Assembly (NCBI GenBank): GCA_963707985.1
Contig: CAVPRW010000046.1
Location: 1-64,000, forward strand
Reading direction: 5' to 3'
DNA from: an uncultured Nitrospinota bacterium
Lineage (GTDB): Bacteria > Tectomicrobia > Entotheonellia > J063 > CAVPRW01
Length of the DNA: 64,000 nt
This document shows, piece by piece, positions 34,369-44,495 of this stretch. A model generated the notes under the pieces. It was not told the origin of the DNA and ran no database searches. It worked only from the letters and a program-made list of their open reading frames with translations. The position numbers were made by a program, and so were the translations under genes. The stretch's first letter is position 1. Every line of letters begins with the position of its first letter.

Positions 34369-35727
34369 CTACCCTACCAGGCAATCAAAGAGTTGGCGCA
34401 GGTTTGGAGCCTGTTCCAGGGACCAGAGTTGGGCGAGCGCCGCTTGGCATTGCGGCTCTGGCAGGGTTCCTGCCGCCAGATGGCAAAATTTCGCCTCGAG
34501 CTCTGCATCATTGAGCGGGTTCTGCTGGTGACCTTTCGGATAGATAGTTTCGGCCGTGAAACGCTGCCCAGACCTGCTGGTGATCTCCATCCAGCAATTC
34601 AGTTCATCGGGAAAGGCCTGAGTGAATGCCGCATCCTCTTCGATGGTCATCTTCGACATAAGCTGGCGTAGCGTTGGACTTTGAATCCGGTCAGTTGTAA
34701 AACTAGCAGGACTGACGGCACCATCCTGGAAGGCTGTGGCGACCAGAAAGGGGATACTATGATCCGCTGTCTCACGAGTCTGAGGGTCCCACTTTTGCGG
34801 ATCGGTGGCGGCGCTGCGCACTGCGGAACGATAGCTACGAATGCGGATGGCCGCGATGTCCTCAGCCGGTACTTGGGTATGTAACTCTAGGGCAAGACCG
34901 ATGGGAGCTTGGGTATGGATCTGCGAGGGAAAGAACTTGAAGCTCGTGGCCATGATGCGGAATGGCTCACGCCCCCCGCCGAACTGCTCAAGCGCGACTG
35001 GTTGGCCAACGGCTTGGTCCCACAATCCGCGCGGGCCGTCAAACGCTTCGGCAGGCCCGGTCATGCCTTCCTGTGCCAGTTGGGCAGCGAAGATGCCCGC
35101 CCGAGTGGCACATGCGGCTGCGCATCCCTTCCACATCGACAATTCCCCGAGCCGTGTAACCCCGAGAGCCAAATTGGGGACCACGGCCAACGACAAGGCA
35201 TGGCTCATGGCCTGGCGTTCCAACCCCATAGCCTTGCCGGCACCACATGCGGCGCCGATGACACTGAATGTCCCCTGGTCCCACCCGAGATCACCAATGA
35301 CCACCTGGTCGGACAGTCGACAAAACACCTCATAGGCCAAGGCAATGGAGGTGATCGCCGTCTGTCCATCGCAGCCCAGTGGATCAGCTATGGCCAGGAT
35401 GGCCGGGATCATATCGCTCGGGTGCCCGCCGCCCGGTGAGAAATAGGAGTCGTTACAGTCCAGATAACGCACCATGACTCCATTGGCAAAACCAGCCATG
35501 TCAGGCGCACTGCTGTCTTTGGTGCCGACGATCCTCGACGGTATGTTGCTGGTGACGCGGCTGGCCATGCGGCGGGCAATGGTGGAGGGCTCGGCCGCGA
35601 AAGCCCCGAGCGCACAGCCGAAGGTGTCGACCAACGTCCGTTTCACCTGGTGGACCACCTCCGGTGGCAAGTCCCGGTATGTGAGCCGGCAGGCATAGGT
35701 ACTCAACAACTCTGTGGTATGGTCCAT
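34369..35727 (-). CDS. MmgE/PrpD family protein
   Basis: RYLDCND, GHPSD, ELSMWKG, ETADHSIP. Confidence 0.92.
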   Translation of the reverse strand: MDHTTELLSTYACRLTYRDLPPEVVHQVKRTLVDTFGCALGAFAAEPSTIARRMASRVTSNIPSRIVGTKDSSAPDMAGFANGVMVRYLDCNDSYFSPGGGHPSDMIPAILAIADPLGCDGQTAITSIALAYEVFCRLSDQVVIGDLGWDQGTFSVIGAACGAGKAMGLERQAMSHALSLAVVPNLALGVTRLGELSMWKGCAAACATRAGIFAAQLAQEGMTGPAEAFDGPRGLWDQAVGQPVALEQFGGGREPFRIMATSFKFFPSQIHTQAPIGLALELHTQVPAEDIAAIRIRSYRSAVRSAATDPQKWDPQTRETADHSIPFLVATAFQDGAVSPASFTTDRIQSPTLRQLMSKMTIEEDAAFTQAFPDELNCWMEITSRSGQRFTAETIYPKGHQQNPLNDAELEAKFCHLAAGTLPEPQCQAALAQLWSLEQAPNLRQLFDCLVG

Positions 35728-36253
35728 AAGGTTCTCCTGAGAGAGTCGTGCGGAGCGCTGAGGATAGAGCGTTCCCCGCGCTCAGCGCTATGTGACGGTT
35801 ACCGCAGCACGGCTGCAGCCATGCGCTCCGGTTCCGCTGCCATTAAGCGGGTAGGAGATCGAAATCCTCCCAAGCAGCTAAAACTCCTTTGAGTCTCGGC
35901 TCGCTGATACCTAGATGCCTTATGCCGCTTTCAATGTGTCATAGCAGGTCCGACACAAATGGCCGATCCTTGGCTTCCTTGAGGATCCCTGCAATTCGGC
36001 AGCATAGCTTCGATGAAGCGGCCCTGTTGTGTTCATTGCCGCGTATCATCCTTGATGATGGCCTCAGCCGTCAAGGGCATTCCGCGATGGCGGCGCTTGT
36101 CCGCTGCATAAGGTCGCCTGGCGCCTGCCAGCCAGCCATGGCCAAAGCAGCCAAACCAGACGTCCGTACGATCGGTATCAACCCCCTGAGTTTGGCTTTT
36201 TCCTGCCGGTTCCCGCAGAACCGCTGGGTTACCATGTATCGGAGATATTTTTC

Positions 36254-36281
36254 TTGACGCACTGGAGCATTCTGATATAGA
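36254..36281 (+). promoter_or_regulatory. Possible promoter upstream of the eCIS operon
   Basis: TTGACG-N13-TG-A-TATAGA in the intergenic region. Confidence 0.3.
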
Positions 36282-36631
36282 TAGGGACACTCTCTGGTCT
36301 CTGTGAGCAGAGAGCCGCACCATTTATCATGCAGTAGTCGCTCATGTTAATAAATGACCATTGCACCCAACGCCGGGAGATGCGAGTGCCGCAACCCTAT
36401 CACAGCTGCCCACGCGCATCACTTTAATGGCCTGACATACAGAAGCCATTAGCCGGTTCGATTGCTTGATACCACAGGCTGTCGCAGGTTCGCCACACTT
36501 CCATGCCGTCACCACAGTAGGGGATATGTTGTGTGCTGAGTTGTCACCAACACCTGATATGTCCCGCTCGCGCAGGCCACCCACGAGGGTAGGTCGGAAA
36601 GCCAGCACGAGCACAGACTGGGAAATAATCG

Positions 36632-38863
36632 GTGCCTGAGATCTGGCTAGAGAACCGAGAGGCGGAGGAAGCCAGGGCGTCTTATGCTTCAAGCTACGAA
36701 CATCTCAGCGATGAGATGCGGCGCCTGGATATGCTCATTCGCTTGCGACTACTTCGGGAGCACCACACAAACCCACCGAATTTGTTGGACCAATTCCGTG
36801 GGCTTGTGCTTGCTGACGAGGAAATCACCAGGCTTCTGGCCGATGCTGAAAGACCGCACTCCGGTGACACCCCCCTACACTGCGAGCCTCAGGAACAGCA
36901 TGAGTTGGCCACCGCGCTTAGCCAGCTTGAGGACGCCATTCAGCAACGTCTTGCCGCCAGCGCTCAGGATGGGATGTCGCTCTCGTTGCCCATGCTCGCT
37001 CAGCTGTTTCACCTCACGCGGTTTGAACAGTGGTGCCTCATCATCTGCCTGGCGCCGGAACTCGATCGCAAGTATGAGAAGCTCTATGCCTATCTGCAAG
37101 ACGATGTGACGCGCAAAAAACCGAGTCCCGATTTAGTGCTCAACTTGCTCTGCCAAACCATGCCGGAACGATTGGCCGCACGTTCGGTCTTCGATCCGTG
37201 GGCACCCCTGCTCAAGTACCGTCTCGTGCAGATCACCGATAACGTGCCAGACAGCCCGACGCCTCTGCTGCAGCGCTGTCTGAAGCTGGATGATCGCATT
37301 GTAAACTGCTTGCTTGGCTTCAGGCAGCTGGACGCGCGGCTAGACCAGATGGCTGCTGTGACGACGCCCCGCCCCGCAACTCTGTCGGGAGCGATTGCGG
37401 ACCTGCGCGTGCAGATTTGCGGCTTTCTGCAGACGCAGTTCAGCGCATCGCAGGCGCAGGTGCCCAATGTGATCTTCTACCTGTACGGTCCCTATGGGTC
37501 GGGCAGACGCGCCCTCGCCGAAGCTGTCAGTCACGATATAGGGTTGCCCCTGATGGTTGGCGATGTCGAACAGATGCTGAGCGGGTCCTTGGGATTTGCA
37601 GAGGCTATTTGGCTACTGTGCCGGGAGGCGGTGCTGCAGCCGGCAGTGCTCTGTCTCGAGCATGTGGACGGTTTGCTCGCCGAGCCTGATAAGCATCGCG
37701 TGCACGTGAATGCGCTCGTGGAGGCCCTGCGCACATTCACGCGCGTGGCGTTTCTCCTCGGTAGCGAGGTCTGGCACCCGCAAGGGGTGCTCCATGAGGA
37801 CGTGTTCATCGCACTCGAAATGCCGCGCACGAATGCTATGACCAGGAGGCAACTGTGGGAGAGTCATCTCAGTAGCCAGTACCAGCTGGCTGAAGATGTG
37901 GATTGGGGCATACTGGCCAGCAATTTTCGACTCCAGCCGGGACAGATGCACGAGGTATTGGTGGCGGCCAAGCATCTAGCGCGCTGGCGCTCACCCGTCG
38001 ACGCACGGATCACCATGGCTGATCTGTATACGGCCTGCCGGGCGCAATCGAGCGCCAGGCTGGGCACGCTGGCGCGGAAGATCGAGCCCAGGTACATGTG
38101 GGACGATATCGTCCTACCCCCTGATCAACTGGCGCAGCTCAAAGAACTGTGTAATCAGGCCAGGTACCGGCATCGAGTCTATGGCGACTGGGGCTTTGAG
38201 CGTAAGCTATCGCTCGGCAAAGGTCTCAATGCTCTCTTCTCCGGCCCGCCGGGCACGGGCAAAACGATGGCGGCTGAAGTCATCGCCCATGAGTTGCACC
38301 TTGATCTGTATCAAATCGACCTGTCGCAAGTCGTGAGCAAGTACATCGGCGAGACCGAGAAAAACCTGCATCAGATCTTTCGCGAAGCCCAGGCAAGTAA
38401 CGCTATGCTCTTGTTTGACGAGGCCGATGCTCTGTTCGGCAAGCGCTCCGAAGTCAAGGACGCGCACGACCGCTATGCGAATATCGAGGTCGGTTACCTG
38501 TTACAGAAGATGGACGAGCACGAGGGGATCGCGATCCTGGCGACCAATCTACGCCAGCACCTGGACGAAGCCTTCGTCCGGCGAATGCACTTCATCGTCG
38601 AGTTTCCGTTTCCGGATGAGCAAGACCGACGGCGTATCTGGGAAGTCGTGTTTCCACCCGAAGCACCGCTCGGCGAGGACGTGGATTGTGGGTGCCTTGC
38701 CCGGGAGATCAAGCTGGCGGGAGGGAACATCAAGAATATCGCGCTGGCCGCGGCGTTTTACGCGGTGGCGGAGGGGGGGCGGATCCGTTTGCCGCATCTC
38801 GTACAGGCGGCTAGGCGTGAATACCAGAAGCTGGGGCGAACCTGGAACGAGATGCTCTCTTAA
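36632..38863 (+). CDS. eCIS AAA+ ATPase (Afp15/Pvc15-like)
   Basis: YAYLQDD, GPPGTGKTMAAE, VVSKYIGETEKNL, FDEADALFGKRSEVKDAHDRYAN. Confidence 0.93.
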   Translation: MPEIWLENREAEEARASYASSYEHLSDEMRRLDMLIRLRLLREHHTNPPNLLDQFRGLVLADEEITRLLADAERPHSGDTPLHCEPQEQHELATALSQLEDAIQQRLAASAQDGMSLSLPMLAQLFHLTRFEQWCLIICLAPELDRKYEKLYAYLQDDVTRKKPSPDLVLNLLCQTMPERLAARSVFDPWAPLLKYRLVQITDNVPDSPTPLLQRCLKLDDRIVNCLLGFRQLDARLDQMAAVTTPRPATLSGAIADLRVQICGFLQTQFSASQAQVPNVIFYLYGPYGSGRRALAEAVSHDIGLPLMVGDVEQMLSGSLGFAEAIWLLCREAVLQPAVLCLEHVDGLLAEPDKHRVHVNALVEALRTFTRVAFLLGSEVWHPQGVLHEDVFIALEMPRTNAMTRRQLWESHLSSQYQLAEDVDWGILASNFRLQPGQMHEVLVAAKHLARWRSPVDARITMADLYTACRAQSSARLGTLARKIEPRYMWDDIVLPPDQLAQLKELCNQARYRHRVYGDWGFERKLSLGKGLNALFSGPPGTGKTMAAEVIAHELHLDLYQIDLSQVVSKYIGETEKNLHQIFREAQASNAMLLFDEADALFGKRSEVKDAHDRYANIEVGYLLQKMDEHEGIAILATNLRQHLDEAFVRRMHFIVEFPFPDEQDRRRIWEVVFPPEAPLGEDVDCGCLAREIKLAGGNIKNIALAAAFYAVAEGGRIRLPHLVQAARREYQKLGRTWNEMLS

Positions 38864-38903
38864 TCACGTCAGTCACCTTACGCGCGACAGGAGGCTGTGG
38901 CAC

Positions 38904-39545
38904 ATGGCAGACGAGGTACGGCACGATCAACCTGAGTGGGCTCCGGCTGCCTGGGAAGCTATCCGTCAGGAAGTGGCTGGCGGTCTGCTCTACGTGCACC
39001 ACCGGGCCAACACCAACACGAGTAAGACGCTCGAAGTCTCGGCTTTTGCCTATGCCCTGATTGAGTTGCTCATCGAAAAAGGGCTGCTGACTGAGGCAGA
39101 ACTCAACGAGCGCAAACAGGCGGTGGGCCAGCGCCTGGTCGAGAAGTTCAATCGTACTGGCATGACCGTGGAGATTCAGGACTCACAGATCGACAAGTAC
39201 GAGTTTGAGGGTGGCCCAAAAATTGACTGCGAGAATCGCATTCATCTCTGTAAGGCAGCCTGCTGCCGATTGCGTTTTCCGCTGTCAGCGCAGGATCTGG
39301 AGGAAGGCATCGTCAAATGGGACTTGCCCCACCCGTATCTGATCGCGCGCGGCGCCGATGGCTATTGCCGTCATTTAGAACGTGGGAGTTGCTCCTGCAC
39401 GATCTATCAGCACCGCCCGCTGCCCTGCCGTGCATACGACTGCCGGAAGGACGAGCGGATTTGGGCAGATTTTGATGCCAAAATTATTAGCCCGGAGCTG
39501 GAGAAGCTGTTCGATAGCCCATCTGTAACTGGCCAAGGAGCATAA
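38904..39545 (+). CDS. YkgJ-like cysteine-cluster protein with an N-terminal helical extension
   Basis: C.....LCKAACC, YC.HL....CTIYQHRPLPCR.YDC. Confidence 0.85.
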   Translation: MADEVRHDQPEWAPAAWEAIRQEVAGGLLYVHHRANTNTSKTLEVSAFAYALIELLIEKGLLTEAELNERKQAVGQRLVEKFNRTGMTVEIQDSQIDKYEFEGGPKIDCENRIHLCKAACCRLRFPLSAQDLEEGIVKWDLPHPYLIARGADGYCRHLERGSCSCTIYQHRPLPCRAYDCRKDERIWADFDAKIISPELEKLFDSPSVTGQGA

Positions 39546-39645
39546 AGGAGCATAGACGACAATGTCATACTTGGTCAGCACCATTGCATAGGCGTAGCGG
39601 GGACGCGAAGTCGGGCGATCGCTGAAGTGCAAGTGGGACATCGCG

Positions 39646-41487
39646 ATGAAACTCAGCATCGGCAAACGAGCAGACAAGGAAGAACGCATCGGCAAGCGGC
39701 CACAGCCTTCCTCTCAAGTTGTACCGGTGCGTCAGGGACGACCGCCAGCCCTCGCAGCTTCCCTGCTCCAGCTCCAACGCACGCACGGGAACCAATTCGT
39801 GCAAATGATGCTCGTTCAGGCTCAACGAGCGGATGGTGAAACAGAGGTTGTGCCGGAAGTGGAGAACGCGATCCAAGGGGCGCACGGCCGGGGGCAGGCT
39901 TTGGATAAGGCCATGCGCGCGAACATGGAAACGGCTTTTGGCGCGGACTTCAGTCATGTACGGGTTCACACTGATGTTGAAGCAGATCAACTCAACCAAA
40001 CGCTCAACGCACGAGCTTTCACGACAGGCCAGGATATTTTCTTCCGCGACGGCGAATATAACCCAGGTGACGTCCATGGCCGAAGGCTTTTGGCTCATGA
40101 GCTGACCCACGTGGTCCAGCAAACTGGCGGGGTGCAGTTCAAGCGTATCCTTGGCCAAGCAGGTGATCAATACGAGCGTGAAGCGGACCGAGTGGCAGAG
40201 GCGGTGATGCCGATGCTGGAACGGCAGGCTTCCGATGAAGCAGTAGTTCCCGGGCACATCCAGCCTACCCGCCTCCAGCGCCTATGTTCGGAATGCGAGG
40301 AAGGACAAGAGATAGCCCTGCAGGCCAAGGAGATCCCCGGCCATGCTCCGCAGGGGGTAGGTAGGACGGCTGATCATATCGCCACTCGAAGGCCAGTCGC
40401 GGAGGCTCAGCACAATGAGCCTGACCGGCACCACGTATGCCCAGAAATGGTTCAACGAACACCGGCACCCCCAGCCTATGGGGGCGTTACTGGCACGCGA
40501 GATCTCACCAAAATCAGAGTCGATGCTGTCCCCGACTTTGTACCAAGCATCTTCGTCCCGGTGCGCGTTGTCAACGTTCATGTGAGCGATCCGGCTGTTA
40601 AACACATTTCCTGGGAGTTGTATGACCCGAGCGATCAACTGATGCCCGGGAGTTACTCCACCCTGCCGGGACACCCAAGTTCCATCACGAGGCCATTTCT
40701 TTTGATGCACTCACATTTTTCAGGAGCTGGCTTTGTAGCGGGAAAGTACCTCTTGCGGTGTGTTGGGCGCAACGCGAGCCATCAACCGGTCATCTACGCC
40801 GATCGCGACTTCAACGTACTCACGTCTGACCTCACGACCGGCACAGCACTCCCGACAACATACGGTGATCTTACCTTTACCAAGTACGATAAAACAGATG
40901 CTAGTCCACCGGCAAATCCGAACTACTCAATTGACGTCGAATTGCAGTTTTTGCCTAAGGCAACAGTGGTATGTAACGACGTTGGATTCATGCAATCGAT
41001 GCAAACGATTGATCACCAGGGTCGAAGTCAACAAAATACGGTAAATGTCGAACAGGACGCACGGCAAACGCCTTTAGCCTGGTCTATCGACCGTGTAGCA
41101 GGGGCTCCTTCACCGTTTTACATTACGGGGCGTGATCCGGTAACTGGAAGTATTGTTGATGTACCGGGCTGGGGCCGTGCCGGAAGCGGTGGGGCAACGC
41201 CGAGCGAGGCAACTTTAATTGATCAGCCAAGCTGGAACCAAGAAAACTATGCTAAGTTTGAGTCTTGTGTCATTTGTCGAAGTGGAGCCAACCGGGGTCA
41301 GGTATACGGCTGTGCCACCTGGGGCTATACAGCCAACGCTGCTGGTAAGGTAACGCTTACGCCACGTGGCTTCCGCCAGATGCCCTCAGACCAGTTCGCG
41401 GAGGCGCGAGATGCCTGGAACACCTGGCGGACCAGCGTACCGGCTGCCACTCGGCCTGAAGAAGCTCCCAATTTAACAAGTCCATAG
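39646..41487 (+). CDS. DUF4157 (eCIS core domain) protein with an unrecognised C-terminus; putative cargo
   Basis: LQRTHGN, FGADFSHVRVHT, NARAFTTGQDIFF, LLAHELTHVVQQ, YEREADRVAE. Confidence 0.9.
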   Translation: MKLSIGKRADKEERIGKRPQPSSQVVPVRQGRPPALAASLLQLQRTHGNQFVQMMLVQAQRADGETEVVPEVENAIQGAHGRGQALDKAMRANMETAFGADFSHVRVHTDVEADQLNQTLNARAFTTGQDIFFRDGEYNPGDVHGRRLLAHELTHVVQQTGGVQFKRILGQAGDQYEREADRVAEAVMPMLERQASDEAVVPGHIQPTRLQRLCSECEEGQEIALQAKEIPGHAPQGVGRTADHIATRRPVAEAQHNEPDRHHVCPEMVQRTPAPPAYGGVTGTRDLTKIRVDAVPDFVPSIFVPVRVVNVHVSDPAVKHISWELYDPSDQLMPGSYSTLPGHPSSITRPFLLMHSHFSGAGFVAGKYLLRCVGRNASHQPVIYADRDFNVLTSDLTTGTALPTTYGDLTFTKYDKTDASPPANPNYSIDVELQFLPKATVVCNDVGFMQSMQTIDHQGRSQQNTVNVEQDARQTPLAWSIDRVAGAPSPFYITGRDPVTGSIVDVPGWGRAGSGGATPSEATLIDQPSWNQENYAKFESCVICRSGANRGQVYGCATWGYTANAAGKVTLTPRGFRQMPSDQFAEARDAWNTWRTSVPAATRPEEAPNLTSP

Positions 41488-41497
41488 GAACAGAGAA

Positions 41498-42088
41498 ATG
41501 GAACAGAGAAATCAGCCCAAAGAGCTGCAGCTCTCGAACTTAGCCATACAGCTTCAAGAAGACGCGGCGCGGGCTGTACCGCCCTTCGGCGCAGAGAGTG
41601 TGAAGATCGCGCGCATTCTGGGGCCAGCAGCCACAAACCTTTTGCTGCAGGAGATTGCGGTGCGGGGGAACACAGCCTTGTTGGCTTTGGAAGCTTTGCG
41701 CGAAGCTAACCCAAGCGCGTACAGCGCGCTTCCGGTTCGAGAACGGGCGGACATTTATGTTTCTAGCTTGCAGAGCAGCATTTTTTTTAACGCTTGGGGG
41801 CTGCCAGGCTATCAGCTGACTCCAACCGCACAGGCTCTCATCGCTCTCGGCGATGACGCCGTGCCGGCATTAGAGCCACTGTTAGCTGCCCATCAGCCCG
41901 CCCCACTCTCAGGTAGCCAGGATGCGACAACCAGTAAAATGTACGGCAATCGTATTTGCGATTATGCCTGGGTGTTCATTTGTGAGATCAAGCGTCGACC
42001 ATACACCTATGATCATAGTCCAACCGAGCGTGACCAGGCTATAGTGACGCTGCGGCAAGAGTTGCAAGGCTATACCACTATCAAATGA
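41498..42088 (+). CDS. Hypothetical helical protein, possible immunity or partner protein
   Basis: Starts 10 bp after the DUF4157 gene; HEAT-like ALIALGDDAVPALEPLL. Confidence 0.7.
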   Translation: MEQRNQPKELQLSNLAIQLQEDAARAVPPFGAESVKIARILGPAATNLLLQEIAVRGNTALLALEALREANPSAYSALPVRERADIYVSSLQSSIFFNAWGLPGYQLTPTAQALIALGDDAVPALEPLLAAHQPAPLSGSQDATTSKMYGNRICDYAWVFICEIKRRPYTYDHSPTERDQAIVTLRQELQGYTTIK

Positions 42089-42170
42089 GAGCGGTATTGA
42101 TGTGCGATGCGCGCTTGGCAGGCAGGTGTTTCGAGGGTGGTAGCTTCGGGGTAGAGAAGTTGTTGCGAGT

Positions 42171-43025
42171 ATGATCCGTGACCTGAGCCTCACATTGCAA
42201 GCGATTTTGGACGATTCTGCGCTGGGGGCCACTTTCCCGGAGTTGGCTGCGGCCCAGATCGTCTTCGACCGCCCGGTGGAGACCTTCAATCCGACGCAAA
42301 CGACGATCGATCTGTTCCTGTATGACATTCGCGAAAATATGGAGCTCCGAAGCAACGAGCCGACGCTTCGGCGTCTGAACGGGCAGGTTGAAATCCAGCG
42401 CCCCCCGCTACGCGTTGCCTGCTCGTACTTGATCACGGCGTGGCCTGTCGGCGGCACTGACCTGGCCTTGCAAGAGCACCGGTTGCTCAGTCAGGTATTG
42501 CAGGTGCTCTCACGCTACCCGCAGATTCCTGCGGCGTTTTTGCGCGGCCAACTCGTGGGGCAAGAGCCGCCGCTTCCAATGATGACCGCTCAGACCGAAG
42601 GGCTGAAGGAGCCACCCGAGTTCTGGACGGCCATCGGCAACAAATTGCGCGCATCGCTCACGGTAACGGTGACTATTGGCATGGAAGTCTTTGCCCCGGT
42701 GACGGCACCCATCGTGGTGACTGAAGAGGTGAGACTGGGCGAGCGCACGGGGCCGGATGAGGAGGTCATTTCACCCCCTACACGCCAAGTGCTTTTCCGC
42801 ATCGGCGGGCTCGTGACAGACGTGAGCCATGCGCCGGTTGCGGGTGCGATAGTGACGCTGCTGGGTACTAGCTTGGCGACACAGACAGAGGCCGATGGCC
42901 GCTATGTGCTCGGCTCGATTTCGGCAGGCACATACACCCTACGTGCCCAATTGGACGCGACGATTAGGGATGTCGTGGTAACGATCCCAGCGCCGGCTGG
43001 GAGTCACTACAACGTGCAGTTATAA
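42171..43025 (+). CDS. DUF4255/Pvc16 tail terminator with a C-terminal carboxypeptidase-regulatory-like domain
   Basis: IDLFLYDIREN.ELR, SYLITAW, EHRLLSQ; IGGLVTD...PVAGA.V..TEADGRY. Confidence 0.88.
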   Translation: MIRDLSLTLQAILDDSALGATFPELAAAQIVFDRPVETFNPTQTTIDLFLYDIRENMELRSNEPTLRRLNGQVEIQRPPLRVACSYLITAWPVGGTDLALQEHRLLSQVLQVLSRYPQIPAAFLRGQLVGQEPPLPMMTAQTEGLKEPPEFWTAIGNKLRASLTVTVTIGMEVFAPVTAPIVVTEEVRLGERTGPDEEVISPPTRQVLFRIGGLVTDVSHAPVAGAIVTLLGTSLATQTEADGRYVLGSISAGTYTLRAQLDATIRDVVVTIPAPAGSHYNVQL

Positions 43026-43052
43026 GCTATCTCATAACCAAAAGGAAAACAC

Positions 43053-44471
43053 ATGGCAACATCATACTTATCACCAGGCGTCTATGTCGAGGAAATACCC
43101 TCGGCCGTTAAGGCTATTGCGGGGGTCAGCACCAGCACCGCCGGTTTTATCGGCATCGTCCCGAACACGGTGGTCATTCCGGTCGAGTCCGTGACGGACC
43201 GCACCATCGGCACGGGAGATGGCATAGATACGACCTTCGACCTCCCGCAACATCCCGTGCTCACCGCGAGTGGCTCGTTTCAGATCAGGGTGAACGGGAC
43301 TCCAGTCTCCGCCACGCTAGCCGCCAACGCTGGGAATACTGCCACGACAGCGACGCTCGCGTCAGCCCCCGCCAGCGGAGCACGGGTTACTGCAGATTAC
43401 GTGGTCATCAACAATTTCTCGCTCCCCGCGGCGGCGGGCGAGGTGAAGCTGTGCACCAACTTCAGTGAGTATAAACGATCCTTTGGTGATTTCTCGACCG
43501 ACGCTGGTCAGCGCAATCTGACCCACGCGGTCTTCGGCTTCTTCAATAATGGTGGTAGTCGATGCTATGTCGCGCGGGTGACGGCGACGACCGGCATCCA
43601 GGGCGTCTTGGACAGGTTCGAAGCCATCGATGAGATTGCCATCGTGGCGGCGCCAGGCGTGACGGATGACAGTGTACGGAGTGCCATTGACACGCACTGC
43701 CGCCAGCGGACCCAGGACCGCTTCGCGATCTTCGATAGTGCGGAGGTAGTCGAGAGCGGTGGCAATCTCGACACCACATTGCTCGATCCGTCGAATGCGG
43801 CCAACGTCTTGCCGGATAACTCCGACTTTGCCGCTTTTTACTTCCCTTGGTTGCAGGTGTTCGATCCGGCTACCAAGATTCAGCATCCGACGGACACAGG
43901 ATTGCAGTTTGTGCCACCTAGTGGCCACGTCGCCGGCATCTATGCCCGCGTCGACACGCAGCGAGGAGTGCATAAGGCCCCGGCTAATGAGCCGGTGCTG
44001 GGGGCGCTCGGGCTGAAGTATGCGATCAGCAAATCACAGCAGGATGGATTGAACCCACAAGGCGTCAATTGCCTACGCGATCTCAATGGCAATATTCGCG
44101 TTTGGGGCGCGCGCACGCTCGGCGGTAATGCCAACGCCGATCTGAAGTACATTAATGTCCGCCGGACGTTGCTCTTCTTGCGTGAGTCGATTGACGAAGG
44201 CATGCAGTTCGTCGTCTTTGAACCCAACACACCAGCGCTCTGGCAGAAGATCGTGCGCAACGTGTCGGCATTCCTGACCAACGTCTGGCGTTCCGGGGCA
44301 CTATTCGGCGCGACCCCGCAGGAGGCCTTCTTCGTCAAATGCGATGCGGAACTGAATCCGCCGGAGGTGCGCGAGGTAGGGCAGGTGATTACCGAAATCG
44401 GCGTGGCCATCGTGCGGCCGGCTGAATTCGTCATTTTCCGCATTAGCCAATTCACCGCGGCCGGCAGTTAA
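43053..44471 (+). CDS. Contractile tail sheath protein 1
   Basis: YLSPGVYVEE, FFNNGG, PPSGHVAG, GVHKAPAN, VWGARTL, FEPN, PAEFVIF. Confidence 0.96.
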   Translation: MATSYLSPGVYVEEIPSAVKAIAGVSTSTAGFIGIVPNTVVIPVESVTDRTIGTGDGIDTTFDLPQHPVLTASGSFQIRVNGTPVSATLAANAGNTATTATLASAPASGARVTADYVVINNFSLPAAAGEVKLCTNFSEYKRSFGDFSTDAGQRNLTHAVFGFFNNGGSRCYVARVTATTGIQGVLDRFEAIDEIAIVAAPGVTDDSVRSAIDTHCRQRTQDRFAIFDSAEVVESGGNLDTTLLDPSNAANVLPDNSDFAAFYFPWLQVFDPATKIQHPTDTGLQFVPPSGHVAGIYARVDTQRGVHKAPANEPVLGALGLKYAISKSQQDGLNPQGVNCLRDLNGNIRVWGARTLGGNANADLKYINVRRTLLFLRESIDEGMQFVVFEPNTPALWQKIVRNVSAFLTNVWRSGALFGATPQEAFFVKCDAELNPPEVREVGQVITEIGVAIVRPAEFVIFRISQFTAAGS

Positions 44472-44495
44472 GCCGCGGCGCGAGCGAGACCGACA

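Noticed and set aside
35730..36630. RfaH ops element or regulator upstream of the eCIS
   Set aside because: No GGCGGTAG motif and no credible ORF; only a hairpin near 35754-35789.
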